A stretch of DNA of 64,000 nt from a virus (IMGVR_UViG_3300033066_001917:128001-192000); one strand, 5' to 3'; positions 16,504-25,402 are shown, numbered from the stretch's first letter. Made by a program: numbers and translations. The notes: a model not told the origin generated them from the sequence alone.

Positions 16504-16653
16504 TGATTCATTGAATCTAATCAGAGTCGGGGAGTTGAATCCCGCGCAATTCATCCTGCCACCATGGCATCACGGACTCGAACCGTGCGGACTACTTTAC
16601 CGAGGTCTCTCGGTTACGCCAACCGTGGATCTCTGATTAGATTCAATGAATCA
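16504..16653 (-). ncRNA. structured RNA with 23-bp terminal stem and two T-loop hairpins
   Basis: TGATTCATTGAATCTAATCAGAG perfect inverted repeat; TTCGAGT and TTCAACT loops. Confidence 0.7.
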
Positions 16654-16725
16654 TGGTGGAGGTAGAGGGAGTCGAACCCTCTCGTTTCGCGTGCAAGGCG
16701 AAACTCTAGCCCACTAGCTACCCCC
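16654..16725 (-). tRNA. tRNA-Ala(TGC)
   Basis: Loop CT-TGC-AC, G3:U70, CCA. Confidence 0.88.
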
Positions 16726-17266
16726 TTTCGTGATAGGGGACCATTCTTGTTTTCAAGGCATGGCACCAGACACATAAAACTTCAAGATTACTTAGATTAT
16801 TGTTACTCCTGTTACCATCTATATGGTGAACATCAAGCATTCTAATTTCTTTCCCATATCCGCAAAGGGAACAAATCGTACCGTGAAGCCCTAATGCTTT
16901 TGCTCTGTAAGAGGTTTTGCCCGTGGCATAATGATCAGGTTGAACGGCTGTAATTCCACCAATATGTTGGGCTAGTTCTTTGCATTTTCTGTCGCAGAAA
17001 GATAATCCGGATTTTGATACACTTAATTTTGAGGGTATCCGAGCTATGGTTTCACCGCACTGGGCACATTGTGTTGTGACTCTATTTTTTCGATGGAGAG
17101 ACGAACAATGCCGACTGCAAAACACATTGCCCTTCAAAGTATGTTTTGGTCTATATGTGGGTTTCCCACATTGTAAACAGGATACCTGATATAACTTCCT
17201 TACACGGTTGTCATATTCTGACGAAACAATAGCAGTGGGGATCATAATCTTATGTTTGCTATGCAA
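16718..17266 (-). CDS. HNH homing endonuclease with Zn-ribbon repeats
   Basis: CxxC/FCSxxC repeats; LDVHHIDGNRSNNNLSNLEVLCVWCH. Confidence 0.88.
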   Translation of the reverse strand: MHSKHKIMIPTAIVSSEYDNRVRKLYQVSCLQCGKPTYRPKHTLKGNVFCSRHCSSLHRKNRVTTQCAQCGETIARIPSKLSVSKSGLSFCDRKCKELAQHIGGITAVQPDHYATGKTSYRAKALGLHGTICSLCGYGKEIRMLDVHHIDGNRSNNNLSNLEVLCVWCHALKTRMVPYHERG

Positions 17267-17339
17267 GGATTATGATCCCCACTTGGGGGTCATTGGATCT
17301 TACCCTTAATGACCCCCAAGTGATCGAGGAAATCGCCTT

Positions 17340-17588
17340 CTACGTTGCGGGGAGGGTGCGTGCCTCGAAGATGTCTTTTAGACCCATGCCAATCGCGTGG
17401 GCCAAACACGCATCGGCCGGGCTCGCATAGACCGGCTGCGAGGGGTTGCAAGGGGGGCAAGAGTGCCAACCACCACGCCAGGGCCATGCGAAAAAGATCC
17501 GCTTGGTCCCATCGAGGAATGTAATCTCGGCTCGACGTGCAGAACACATAGGTTTCACTCCTTCGGGGTGGTGGAGAGAGGGCCACAC
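17340..17588 (-). CDS. hypothetical protein
   Basis: ORF in minus-strand run; start uncertain. Confidence 0.35.
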   Translation of the reverse strand: MWPSLHHPEGVKPMCSARRAEITFLDGTKRIFFAWPWRGGWHSCPPCNPSQPVYASPADACLAHAIGMGLKDIFEARTLPAT

Positions 17589-17764
17589 AGGAGAGACTCC
17601 AGGCTCAGGTCGTTGCCTGCCTGGAAAGTGAGGTAGGCAAGCTCACGGGGAGACACCCCCTTGGCGAGGGCCGCCTCGAAGATGGGCCGGAGTGCAGAGC
17701 GAATCTCGTTCTCAAGGTGGAGAGCCTCGTTCGTGTAGTGGTGATTGTTGTCGAAGAGTCCCAT
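17555..17764 (-). CDS. hypothetical protein
   Basis: Follows CGATATA promoter motif and RBS. Confidence 0.6.
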   Translation of the reverse strand: MGLFDNNHHYTNEALHLENEIRSALRPIFEAALAKGVSPRELAYLTFQAGNDLSLESLLCGPLSTTPKE

Positions 17765-17784
17765 GATCTGCCTTCCTTCATCTC

Positions 17785-17815
17785 TATATCGACTGGGGGT
17801 GGTGGGAACCAATCG
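17785..17815 (-). promoter_or_regulatory. putative phage promoter, CGATATA class (representative copy)
   Basis: TTGGTTCC-N9-CAGTCGATATA; similar motif before ~9 genes. Confidence 0.65.
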
Positions 17816-17852
17816 AAAACTAACCCAGGATGGTTTTTTTGTGGGGGTGAAA

Positions 17853-18218
17853 TCACCCCCACGTCACCACACCGATGTCCCCCGCACGGAGACCCAGTTC
17901 CCGGAGAAGATTGAGCTTCTCACTGAGATAACCCTTACGCCGACCGCAGTACACGACTTTGGCCCGACCAGGGGTGCAATCCTCTGTGGCCTCGATCGCC
18001 CCATCATCAATCCCGCCGTTGAGTGCCTTGTCGCACTTGGCGACAAGGTCACGACCACGAACCTCTCCGTAAAGGTCTCCATCCTGGCTACCACTCGGAA
18101 GGCCCACCGCGGACAGAACGTCCACCGCATTGGAATTGGACAGGTTGACGATCCGATCCCAGACGTTGGGGTCGTCATAATCGAGCTTCTCACCACGGAT
18201 TCCGAACGTGACGCTCAT
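17853..18218 (-). CDS. hypothetical protein
   Basis: Follows CGATATA motif. Confidence 0.65.
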   Translation of the reverse strand: MSVTFGIRGEKLDYDDPNVWDRIVNLSNSNAVDVLSAVGLPSGSQDGDLYGEVRGRDLVAKCDKALNGGIDDGAIEATEDCTPGRAKVVYCGRRKGYLSEKLNLLRELGLRAGDIGVVTWG

Positions 18219-18337
18219 GATGCTTTCCCTTTACTTTCCGTCCCTATATCGACTGGGATGAGGGGAATCAACCCGAAATCAACAGGAGACGTTCACCCAC
18301 TCCCCTTTTGTATCGAGTGGGGACTCTCAAAACCAAG

Positions 18338-18835
18338 TCAAATGTTAGCGGAAAGAAGATTGCGGAGTTTTTCTGGCGCAAGCGGGATTGTATCGAGAAA
18401 CCCCACCATCTCCTGACGGTACATTGATAAAAGGCGAGGGTTCCCATCACGAAGACAGGACCGAACATTTGCAAGCCGATCCGCTGCCTTTACCGTCTGG
18501 GCATCACAATCACCCACCAGCTTCAGTTTGATACTTGCCTGCTTCTCTTTCCGGTTCCGACCGTAGCCCGAACACTTCTCCACCGTTGGAGCAGCGTGGG
18601 GGAATGCTTCCAGGAGCTCGGCGTAGAGAACAGGCGTGTCCTCCAGGACATCATGTAGATAACCGGCGTCTGAAAGATGACCCATCCCCTCGCTACGAAG
18701 GATACCCACCACTTCATCGAGATGATGAACGTAGGGGTGGGAACCATACATCTGGCCCCGATGTGCATGTTCAGCATAGCTTCGAGCATCCATAGGAATG
18801 CTTACGTTTGAGCCGTCAGTTCCAGGACACGCCAC
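18338..18835 (-). CDS. HD-domain (p)ppGpp hydrolase-like protein (SpoT/Mesh1 type)
   Basis: AHRGQ...PYVHH...LHDVLEDT...VKAADRLAN. Confidence 0.85.
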   Translation of the reverse strand: MACPGTDGSNVSIPMDARSYAEHAHRGQMYGSHPYVHHLDEVVGILRSEGMGHLSDAGYLHDVLEDTPVLYAELLEAFPHAAPTVEKCSGYGRNRKEKQASIKLKLVGDCDAQTVKAADRLANVRSCLRDGNPRLLSMYRQEMVGFLDTIPLAPEKLRNLLSANI

Positions 18836-19248
18836 GAATAGAAATCCGGAAGTTTTTCAGAGATGACCTTTAGAGTATTCCGGTCTCCCAGAATGATCAT
18901 GGGTCCGCGGACAATGCTAGGGAGAACGTCTCGACTCAAATTGAGACTTCCGAGGAGATTCAGCGTAGGGTCTTTCGCGAGGGGCTCAAGACCGTAGAGG
19001 ACAACTCCTGCACGGGCCTCATTTTCAAGGGCCATTCTAACCTGAGCCGTCACGTAGTGGTTCGCGTGAACCCCCACGGGGATCAGAGGAGCAATCGGGT
19101 GATCTCCTCGGAGACTCCGAAGATAGGACACCATATCCTGGTGAGTATTTTCGGGGGCCTCAATAAAGACGATGCCGAAATTATCGGCGAGGTCTTCCAG
19201 AGTTACAAGGAGTGCTTGGCGGTCTTCCTGGGTGAGCATCACATCCAC
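18802..19248 (-). CDS. hypothetical protein
   Basis: ORF in minus-strand run. Confidence 0.55.
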   Translation of the reverse strand: MDVMLTQEDRQALLVTLEDLADNFGIVFIEAPENTHQDMVSYLRSLRGDHPIAPLIPVGVHANHYVTAQVRMALENEARAGVVLYGLEPLAKDPTLNLLGSLNLSRDVLPSIVRGPMIILGDRNTLKVISEKLPDFYSWRVLELTAQT

Positions 19249-19499
19249 CCGTGATGCGTTTCCATATCCATGTATGTGGAACGAAAACGAACACCGGCTT
19301 CCATGCCATCTACCACGTCTCGAAGGAGGTAGGTATCGCCACCAGCGGGATTCGGATGATTGGAAATCTCATCCATAATCCGGCGAAGAGCCTCTGGAAC
19401 CGTAGCCTCGAACTTCTCACGGGTGACACTGGCACCAGGGTTGGACGGGGAAAGGAAAGCGATGACCCAGGAACACTTCATGATGAAACCTCCATCCAT
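19239..19499 (-). CDS. hypothetical protein
   Basis: ORF in minus-strand run. Confidence 0.5.
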   Translation of the reverse strand: MDGGFIMKCSWVIAFLSPSNPGASVTREKFEATVPEALRRIMDEISNHPNPAGGDTYLLRDVVDGMEAGVRFRSTYMDMETHHGWM

Positions 19500-19510
19500 G
19501 TATCGATTGA

Positions 19511-19735
19511 CTAGTCCTCAAACCAACCCCAACCGTGATCAGGGTGGTATCCGACCCTTAAAACGTCTCCAGACTCAATACAAACGGCCGAAAATTGGTC
19601 CCCATCCTCTACCCACGTAGAAGATAGGATGAGGGACTGAAGTTTGGCGATGGTTTCGTCACGGGAACCATCGAAATCCGACCCGCAGTCCCTAACCGGG
19701 GTTAAAGAAGACGTGAATTCGATTCTCCATTTCAC
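19511..19735 (-). CDS. hypothetical protein
   Basis: Coupled ORF. Confidence 0.5.
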   Translation of the reverse strand: MKWRIEFTSSLTPVRDCGSDFDGSRDETIAKLQSLILSSTWVEDGDQFSAVCIESGDVLRVGYHPDHGWGWFED

Positions 19736-19919
19736 AGTGTTTTTACCACGGTACGGAGAATGAGGACACGACTGCTGAGTTCAGCATATCGAACTGCCAC
19801 CTGGAGAATATATTGTGCCTTCTCCGGGGTGATATTTTGGGTAGACTCCCGAAGGCGATTTCCGGCCGCTTCGAGGGCTTCCTCCTGGATTTGGAGGATG
19901 TTCTGGATAACATCAGGGG

Positions 19920-20336
19920 TCATGTGCCACTCCACCGATAACATACCTGAATCTCGGGAGCATACTTTTGAAAGTAAGCCTCCATGGTGGGGGCGTTCCA
20001 GGAGGCGTTGTAATATTCCGTACCCTCCCAATTCGGCAGCGCTCGGCCAAGGCGAGTTCCCAGGATCGTCAGGATCCGGGAGAACTGTTCACCGAAACCA
20101 CCGTCCCCCTGGTTGGCCACACGATAGACCAGACGACCGTTTTTCTCGGCCTCGTCCATTACCCGACGCACGTGGCTCTGGAGCTCGGAATCCCCCCCAA
20201 GGAGACGAGTGAGCTCATCATCGCGATTCTCCCGGGTCACACCGGGGCACCAGATGGTGTTGGTGTCATCTTTGAGAGACCAAAGATCGGGGGACCTACA
20301 GAGACTGCTGACACTGACGAGAAGTCGAAGGTTCAT
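19920..20336 (-). CDS. hypothetical protein
   Basis: ATG follows CGATATA motif and RBS. Confidence 0.6.
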   Translation of the reverse strand: MNLRLLVSVSSLCRSPDLWSLKDDTNTIWCPGVTRENRDDELTRLLGGDSELQSHVRRVMDEAEKNGRLVYRVANQGDGGFGEQFSRILTILGTRLGRALPNWEGTEYYNASWNAPTMEAYFQKYAPEIQVCYRWSGT

Positions 20337-20388
20337 GATTGAGACCCCTTTCCCCCATATATCGATTGGGGGAGATGAAAACCAACCC

Positions 20389-20742
20389 CTAAGCCTCGTA
20401 AATAGCCGAATACCACCCAGTGCAAGGTTCCGCTTGAACGCCGATCTCGCGGAGAGCCCCGTCCATCTCATCCCGCACACTCTGCCACTCGGAGTTGTAG
20501 GAGAGGAAGTTGTAAAGGTCTCCACCATCGTATACAACGATAAGAAGAGACTTGGCCCCATAGGACTCCCCACGTTCCACCCACTCTTTGGGGGAGTAGA
20601 AAGCCCTGCACCCCCCTGTATCCGTCATCCCGTGTTTGGCGAGAACTTTTTTGATCACGGCGGCAGCAGATCGCCCCTTCCGCGAAAGCCCCTTGGGAAT
20701 GTCGAGACCTTTGGGTGATGTATTACTCTGGTCCATCGTCAT
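20389..20742 (-). CDS. hypothetical phage protein
   Basis: Coupled ORF. Confidence 0.65.
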   Translation of the reverse strand: MTMDQSNTSPKGLDIPKGLSRKGRSAAAVIKKVLAKHGMTDTGGCRAFYSPKEWVERGESYGAKSLLIVVYDGGDLYNFLSYNSEWQSVRDEMDGALREIGVQAEPCTGWYSAIYEA

Positions 20743-21059
20743 CTCCGAATCATCTCTAGGGTTTCTACCACACCACTCACTACAACAGTGAGTTTGATGT
20801 GATCAACCATTTTGGCGTCAATCCAACATTCGGCTCGTGTGGAATTCTTAGAGAACTCGTAGGTTTCCCTGACCCTTAGAATCCCATGATACAGAGTCCC
20901 CTGAACCAAGACGTAAGAATCGTCTTCTTCTCGGAAGGTGAAATGTGAGTTCTTCTTGAATTTCACCCCAAGAATTGCTTTGTTAGCGCTGGGGTGAAAG
21001 TTTACCGCCCCATTGAATGCAGACGGTGGAACCGACATCGGGAAACTAGGGTCAGACAT
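20739..21059 (-). CDS. hypothetical protein
   Basis: Starts after tRNA-Arg. Confidence 0.55.
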   Translation of the reverse strand: MSDPSFPMSVPPSAFNGAVNFHPSANKAILGVKFKKNSHFTFREEDDSYVLVQGTLYHGILRVRETYEFSKNSTRAECWIDAKMVDHIKLTVVVSGVVETLEMIRR

Positions 21060-21062
21060 TTA

Positions 21063-21136
21063 GCACTGGCGGAGGGACTCGAACCCCCAACAACCCGGGT
21101 AGAAGCCGGGAACTCTATCCATTGAGCTACGCCAGC
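21063..21136 (-). tRNA. tRNA-Arg(TCT)
   Basis: CCCGG-CTTCTAC-CCGGG; GTTCGAGTC. Confidence 0.92.
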
Positions 21137-21164
21137 ATTGGAGGCGGGGTGGGCCGCCCAGCGA

Positions 21165-21464
21165 TCACCGATTGATCATCGCCCAGAGATCCGAGCGAAC
21201 CTCATCGAATTCACCGTGGAACCGATAACAGACACCCGCCCCATCCAGGCAGGCGACGGGATTCAGGTTGTCGATCTTCTCTACCTCCATCTCGGCGGTC
21301 ATGGTAGAAACGGCAACCCGAACATTACCCCAGACATCGTATCGATACTGGTCACCATCCAAGGTGGACCATGTGTTGGAGCCCTCCCCATGCGAACGAA
21401 CATAAGCACGAACCTGATTGAGAAGCTCAGAATTGGTGATTCCCATGGCGATTTCTCCACCCAT
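21165..21464 (-). CDS. hypothetical protein
   Basis: Follows CGATATA motif. Confidence 0.55.
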   Translation of the reverse strand: MGGEIAMGITNSELLNQVRAYVRSHGEGSNTWSTLDGDQYRYDVWGNVRVAVSTMTAEMEVEKIDNLNPVACLDGAGVCYRFHGEFDEVRSDLWAMINR

Positions 21465-21497
21465 ATATCGATTCGGTTTGAATTACACCAAGAGAAA

Positions 21498-22076
21498 TCA
21501 AACCGATCCGTCTCCTTTTACGATTTGCCAGGGGCTACCGGAGACCGACATCTCGACCAGCATTCCGGAATCCAGAGCGGAGTTCTCTTTGACACTATTC
21601 CGGATTCTCGTGATACCGAAGTATTTCATGGTAGCCAGAGCCACGCGAAGGCTAGCCCGGCTAGCCATCTCCCGAATGTCCGGGTCGTGCCGACGAGGGC
21701 CAAAGTACCCCGCAAGGCATTCGATAGCCTTAGCATAGGCATCGTTCAGGCGCATGGAACGGTCTGTGCGCCACCCGAATTTGGGATTCCGAAGGAATCC
21801 TAGGGTGATCGGGGGGCATTCCGTGACCGTTTTATTGACGGTTGCGTTGTTAGTGTATCGAAATCGAAGAACCGGAACTTCTTCCCCGTTCCGAAAAGCC
21901 CGAGCGGGGTAGGGCGGATCGGTATCGAAAACCGAGAATACCATATCATCCTCGAAGGTACCCACAGCGTGGGGGTCCTTCTCTGTGACAAAAGCCTTCT
22001 TTCCCGTCTTCCGAACGGTGATGTTCTCGATTCGATCCGTACCCTCAAAATGGAGAGTCCACACAGCGGTCTTCAT
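21498..22076 (-). CDS. hypothetical protein
   Basis: Follows CGATATA motif and GAGGG RBS. Confidence 0.65.
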   Translation of the reverse strand: MKTAVWTLHFEGTDRIENITVRKTGKKAFVTEKDPHAVGTFEDDMVFSVFDTDPPYPARAFRNGEEVPVLRFRYTNNATVNKTVTECPPITLGFLRNPKFGWRTDRSMRLNDAYAKAIECLAGYFGPRRHDPDIREMASRASLRVALATMKYFGITRIRNSVKENSALDSGMLVEMSVSGSPWQIVKGDGSV

Positions 22077-22112
22077 AGTTCCCTCTGACGTATATCGACT
22101 GAGAAGTAGGAA

Positions 22113-22940
22113 TTAAAACTCGTATTTTGTGTGGATCAGCTTGTCACTCACAAACCCAGAAGCATGGGGGTGACCACCCCCACTCCCAAATGCCTTAGGG
22201 ACCAACACAGACAGATCAACCCCATCCTTGGCGTTCCGAAAAGAGTAGGCCCACCGACCATCCTCGGTCGGTCTCCACGAGAAGGCAAAGAGGAACCCAA
22301 TCCCAGCTTGATTGAGAACATCGCTTGTAAGGTTACGTGAGCAACTAACACCCGGAACAGGAACATCAATTCCTGGAAAGGTGTAAAGGGCCACCCGTGC
22401 CAACGTAGCCTCCACCTCTTGACGGTGAATCTCTAGGAGGTGGGCCCCTTCTTTCTTAGCAAGCTCTAGTCCACGGCTATAGAAGGAGTCCAGATCCTCA
22501 AGGGTGTAGCACTGAGAAAGAGCCGCCGCTACAGCTCGGGATTCGGGAAGGTTGTGTCGATAAAGATCTAGGGCCTCCGCATAGTTCACGAGCCACGGGC
22601 GCTCTGTACCACAATAGATATCCCACGTAAGGCCCGATCCAGAACGGTTGTCATCATAAAAAACCGTAGCCCCGTCTACTTCGAGAAGTGTAGGGTGGGC
22701 CGTGGAATGATGATCCGCTACTTCCACCTTTCGCGCGCGGGTGATAACATCTCTGTACCGATCCGCGGTAGGCACAATGTCCAGAAAGTAAACATCCTTA
22801 CCCACCACATCCTCATCCAGAAGAGGAGTAGCGTGCGCCAGTGGGACGAAATTGATGTTGTTGCCGAACGCCTCACGAAGCGACCAAGCAGCAACCAGAC
22901 CGTCGGTGCAGGGGTGGTGATAGTAGACTGTCTTTGACAT
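22113..22940 (-). CDS. DHH-family phosphoesterase (nanoRNase-like)
   Basis: YHHPCTDG, FLD, ADHH, GGGHPHASG. Confidence 0.9.
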   Translation of the reverse strand: MSKTVYYHHPCTDGLVAAWSLREAFGNNINFVPLAHATPLLDEDVVGKDVYFLDIVPTADRYRDVITRARKVEVADHHSTAHPTLLEVDGATVFYDDNRSGSGLTWDIYCGTERPWLVNYAEALDLYRHNLPESRAVAAALSQCYTLEDLDSFYSRGLELAKKEGAHLLEIHRQEVEATLARVALYTFPGIDVPVPGVSCSRNLTSDVLNQAGIGFLFAFSWRPTEDGRWAYSFRNAKDGVDLSVLVPKAFGSGGGHPHASGFVSDKLIHTKYEF

Positions 22941-22987
22941 GGTTGGATCCCGTTGGGAAGAAGAATTCGGAAAGCTGCCGCTCTCCG

Positions 22988-23064
22988 TGGCACCCTCAGA
23001 AGGACTTGAACCTTCGACCTTCCGGTTCGTAGCCGGACGCTCTAATCCACTGAGCTATGGGGGC
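22988..23064 (-). tRNA. tRNA-Arg(ACG)
   Basis: TCCGG-CTACGAA-CCGGA, CCA. Confidence 0.93.
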
Positions 23065-23069
23065 ATGAG

Positions 23070-23144
23070 CCCGCCCAACGGGATTTGAACCCGTGATCTC
23101 CGGTGTGACAGACCGGCGGCCACTCCTAGCTGGCCCATGAGCGG
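23070..23144 (-). tRNA. tRNA-Asp(GTC)
   Basis: CCGGT-CTGTCAC-ACCGG. Confidence 0.92.
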
Positions 23145-23145
23145 A

Positions 23146-23673
23146 TTAGTTAACATCAACCTGGAGGGTTACTGCCTCCGGGATCAGTTTTCTCTTACGG
23201 GGTTTTGGATCTTTCTGAACTTTGGTACCTCGATTTTTCCTGCCCCACGTTGGAGTCTGACTGTGGCAGTTGGGGCACAAAAATCGAAGGTTGGAAATTC
23301 GGTTATCATCTCGAATACCATTTTTGTGGTCTAATTGCAGTGTTAATGGCTTACCGTTGTATTCCGGTCCTATTCCACATTCCTCACATTGGTGTTTCTT
23401 GTAGCCACCTTTCAGGAATCTAGACCGAAGAGTGGATCCATCTACCTCGGACCCTAATCGGAATAACATAGTCTCTGCAACTTTTGGGAAACGTCCGTTG
23501 CAAATAGGTTTAATAAAGTGACTTGTATCTAAACCAAGGGCTAGAATAACTCGCCTCAAAGCAGATCGGTTGGCCCCTGTTTTCACAAGGTTCAATTTTT
23601 TCAAGGTTTGTGATAAATTAGAGGACTTGGCAATCGCTAAAATAAGCTGTTCGGTATCCCATTTTCTCTTCAT
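23146..23673 (-). CDS. HNH homing endonuclease
   Basis: CEECG...LQLDHKNGIRDDNRISNLRFLCPNCHSQT. Confidence 0.9.
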   Translation of the reverse strand: MKRKWDTEQLILAIAKSSNLSQTLKKLNLVKTGANRSALRRVILALGLDTSHFIKPICNGRFPKVAETMLFRLGSEVDGSTLRSRFLKGGYKKHQCEECGIGPEYNGKPLTLQLDHKNGIRDDNRISNLRFLCPNCHSQTPTWGRKNRGTKVQKDPKPRKRKLIPEAVTLQVDVN

Positions 23674-23730
23674 CCTGTATATTACGCCCCTTACAATTCG
23701 ACCTGTGATGGTTTGTTTTCCGGGTACACC

Positions 23731-23952
23731 TCAATTGTAATCTTGGGGGACCTCGCAGTATTCCTGCCGGTCGTACCCGGCATCATTGACCCACTGGAGC
23801 TCGTAAACCCGGCCCCATGAACGACCCTCCCCGTCCGGGTCCAGGATGGACTCCATGATGATGGGAGGTACTCCGAAAGTACCCGCCACACGGATAGCTT
23901 CGGCAAGGTTGGAACACTTGATACCACGAACAACGAACAGGTTAGTTTCCAT
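23731..23952 (-). CDS. hypothetical protein
   Basis: Follows CGATAT motif and GAGGA RBS. Confidence 0.55.
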   Translation of the reverse strand: METNLFVVRGIKCSNLAEAIRVAGTFGVPPIIMESILDPDGEGRSWGRVYELQWVNDAGYDRQEYCEVPQDYN

Positions 23953-24068
23953 GATGTCCTCGCTCTAGAACCACGAACCTCTGACGGCTCCAACCCAATA
24001 TCGGTTGAGTTGGTTAGAACTCAACCCGTGGGTCTAGATCCGGATGTGGAAAATCGGACTGGTTGGGG

Positions 24069-24728
24069 TTATAGGTTGCGATACGCAGTGGGAACGATTG
24101 TATCCGGTGCGTGAGTCCGAAGCCATTTTAGCATTTCGATTGCAATGCTATGTGGTGGTGTAGCCCCGGTTGCAGAAGCAGAGAGAGCACTGTTCACGAT
24201 GGCCCTTCCGAATTTCTTGTGCTCCTCGTCCAGATGATACAAGTCGGAGGAGGTGACTCCAGCCTCTGTTGCTGAGGGTAGAACTCCGGTCACCAGATAT
24301 CTAACCCATAAACCAACCCCACCGGCATCCGCTTCTCTTAAGGATCGCCAGTCGGGGTCTGTGTAATCCACCCCAGCCTGGAAAGGTCCGTTCTTATCAA
24401 TTTGCACTTTATGCACCAGTTCGTGAGCCAAAGTGGAAATGTACAGGTCGCCGCTGGAGACAGCATACTCGGAAAGGAGTATCAGGGTCTTTCCAGGGAA
24501 GGGGATCGTCAGGGATACGTTTTTCATCCGGTCCCCAACTAGAGACTTTGCAGAAGTCAAAGGGCCCACTACACCAGGAATAAGGGATAGGGAAGCCTCC
24601 AGGATAGATAGATACTTCCTAGCCTCTTCCGGCTCCAGAACCTTAACGTCGTGGGTGGCTTCAAATTCCTCCGCGCAAAACCGGCCTACGTCAAGTCCGA
24701 TCATGGGTACACCGTCCCTCGAACACAA
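24069..24728 (-). CDS. zincin-like HExxH protein
   Basis: TLAHELVH...EADA. Confidence 0.6.
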   Translation of the reverse strand: MCSRDGVPMIGLDVGRFCAEEFEATHDVKVLEPEEARKYLSILEASLSLIPGVVGPLTSAKSLVGDRMKNVSLTIPFPGKTLILLSEYAVSSGDLYISTLAHELVHKVQIDKNGPFQAGVDYTDPDWRSLREADAGGVGLWVRYLVTGVLPSATEAGVTSSDLYHLDEEHKKFGRAIVNSALSASATGATPPHSIAIEMLKWLRTHAPDTIVPTAYRNL

Positions 24729-24934
24729 GTAGCCTCACCCCTCACCATATGACAATGTTGACCGGGTACCCGATTGCACGGACCATCACCAGTTGGATAC
24801 CATCTGGTTGGGGTGCTTGGGGAGCAAATGTGAGGTTGGTCACCCTCACACTTCCAGGCGTAGGGTTCACAGTTGGCCACTTCTGGCCTATTCACGCAAC
24901 CAAGTAGTAACAGAAGACAGAAAAAGTACCTCAT
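24701..24934 (-). CDS. small Cys-rich lipoprotein
   Basis: LLLLLGC lipobox; 6 further Cys. Confidence 0.6.
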   Translation of the reverse strand: MRYFFCLLLLLGCVNRPEVANCEPYAWKCEGDQPHICSPSTPTRWYPTGDGPCNRVPGQHCHMVRGEATCVRGTVYP

Positions 24935-24981
24935 TGGTTCCTTCCTTCCATGGAGTAAATCCTAGAAGGAAGGAACCGAGG

Positions 24982-25056
24982 TGGTGCCCCAGGGTGGGTT
25001 CGAACCACCATTTCCCCCCTGGTTGGAGGGCGTCCTGTCCATTAGACGACCGGAGC
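24982..25056 (-). tRNA. tRNA-like, anticodon undetermined
   Basis: Glu-type D arm, T arm and CCA intact; loop CAACCAG lacks U33. Confidence 0.65.
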
Positions 25057-25114
25057 AAACGAACACCAGAATGTCACAGACCTTGACTCTTTGTGGAGTC
25101 GGAGGGAAACTTCT

Positions 25115-25189
25115 TGGCGCCGCTAGCGGGAATCGAACCCGCGTTTCCAGAGTGAGAGTCTGATGTCCTAACCATTAGACGATAGCGGC
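25115..25189 (-). tRNA. tRNA-Glu(CTC)
   Basis: TCAGA-CTCTCAC-TCTGG, CCA. Confidence 0.92.
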
Positions 25190-25209
25190 GGTTCCGGATT
25201 CTACATCCG

Positions 25210-25256
25210 GGGGCGCGGCAACCGTCATCTCACTATTTAGACGGTTGCCGCGCCCC
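25210..25256. repeat. 17-bp perfect inverted repeat
   Basis: GGGGCGCGGCAACCGTC-N13-GACGGTTGCCGCGCCCC. Confidence 0.85.
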
Positions 25257-25353
25257 TACGATCCGATAGGGGCGAACTTGAGCGTTCCCGCTCTTTCGCT
25301 CGCTCTTTCAATCGTGAGAGTTTCGGTTTCATCGTCTTACTGCTTTGGTGCTT

Positions 25354-25402
25354 GTTATAGATGGGAAAACGGGGAAGGCGCAACGTCTATTGATTTTTTT
25401 TA
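25354..25402 (-). promoter_or_regulatory. sigma70-like promoter upstream of tRNA-Glu
   Basis: A-tract, TTGCGC-N18-TATAAC. Confidence 0.5.

Noticed and set aside
15203-16636. ORF-track proteins overlapping tRNAs and ncRNAs (15203, 15442, 15820, 15864, 16313; also 3795, 3805, 12912, 14598, 39257)
   Set aside because: They are translations of RNA genes or their antisense strands.
17745-21803. Long plus-strand ORFs opposite minus-strand genes
   Set aside because: Antisense shadows without RBS or recognisable domains.
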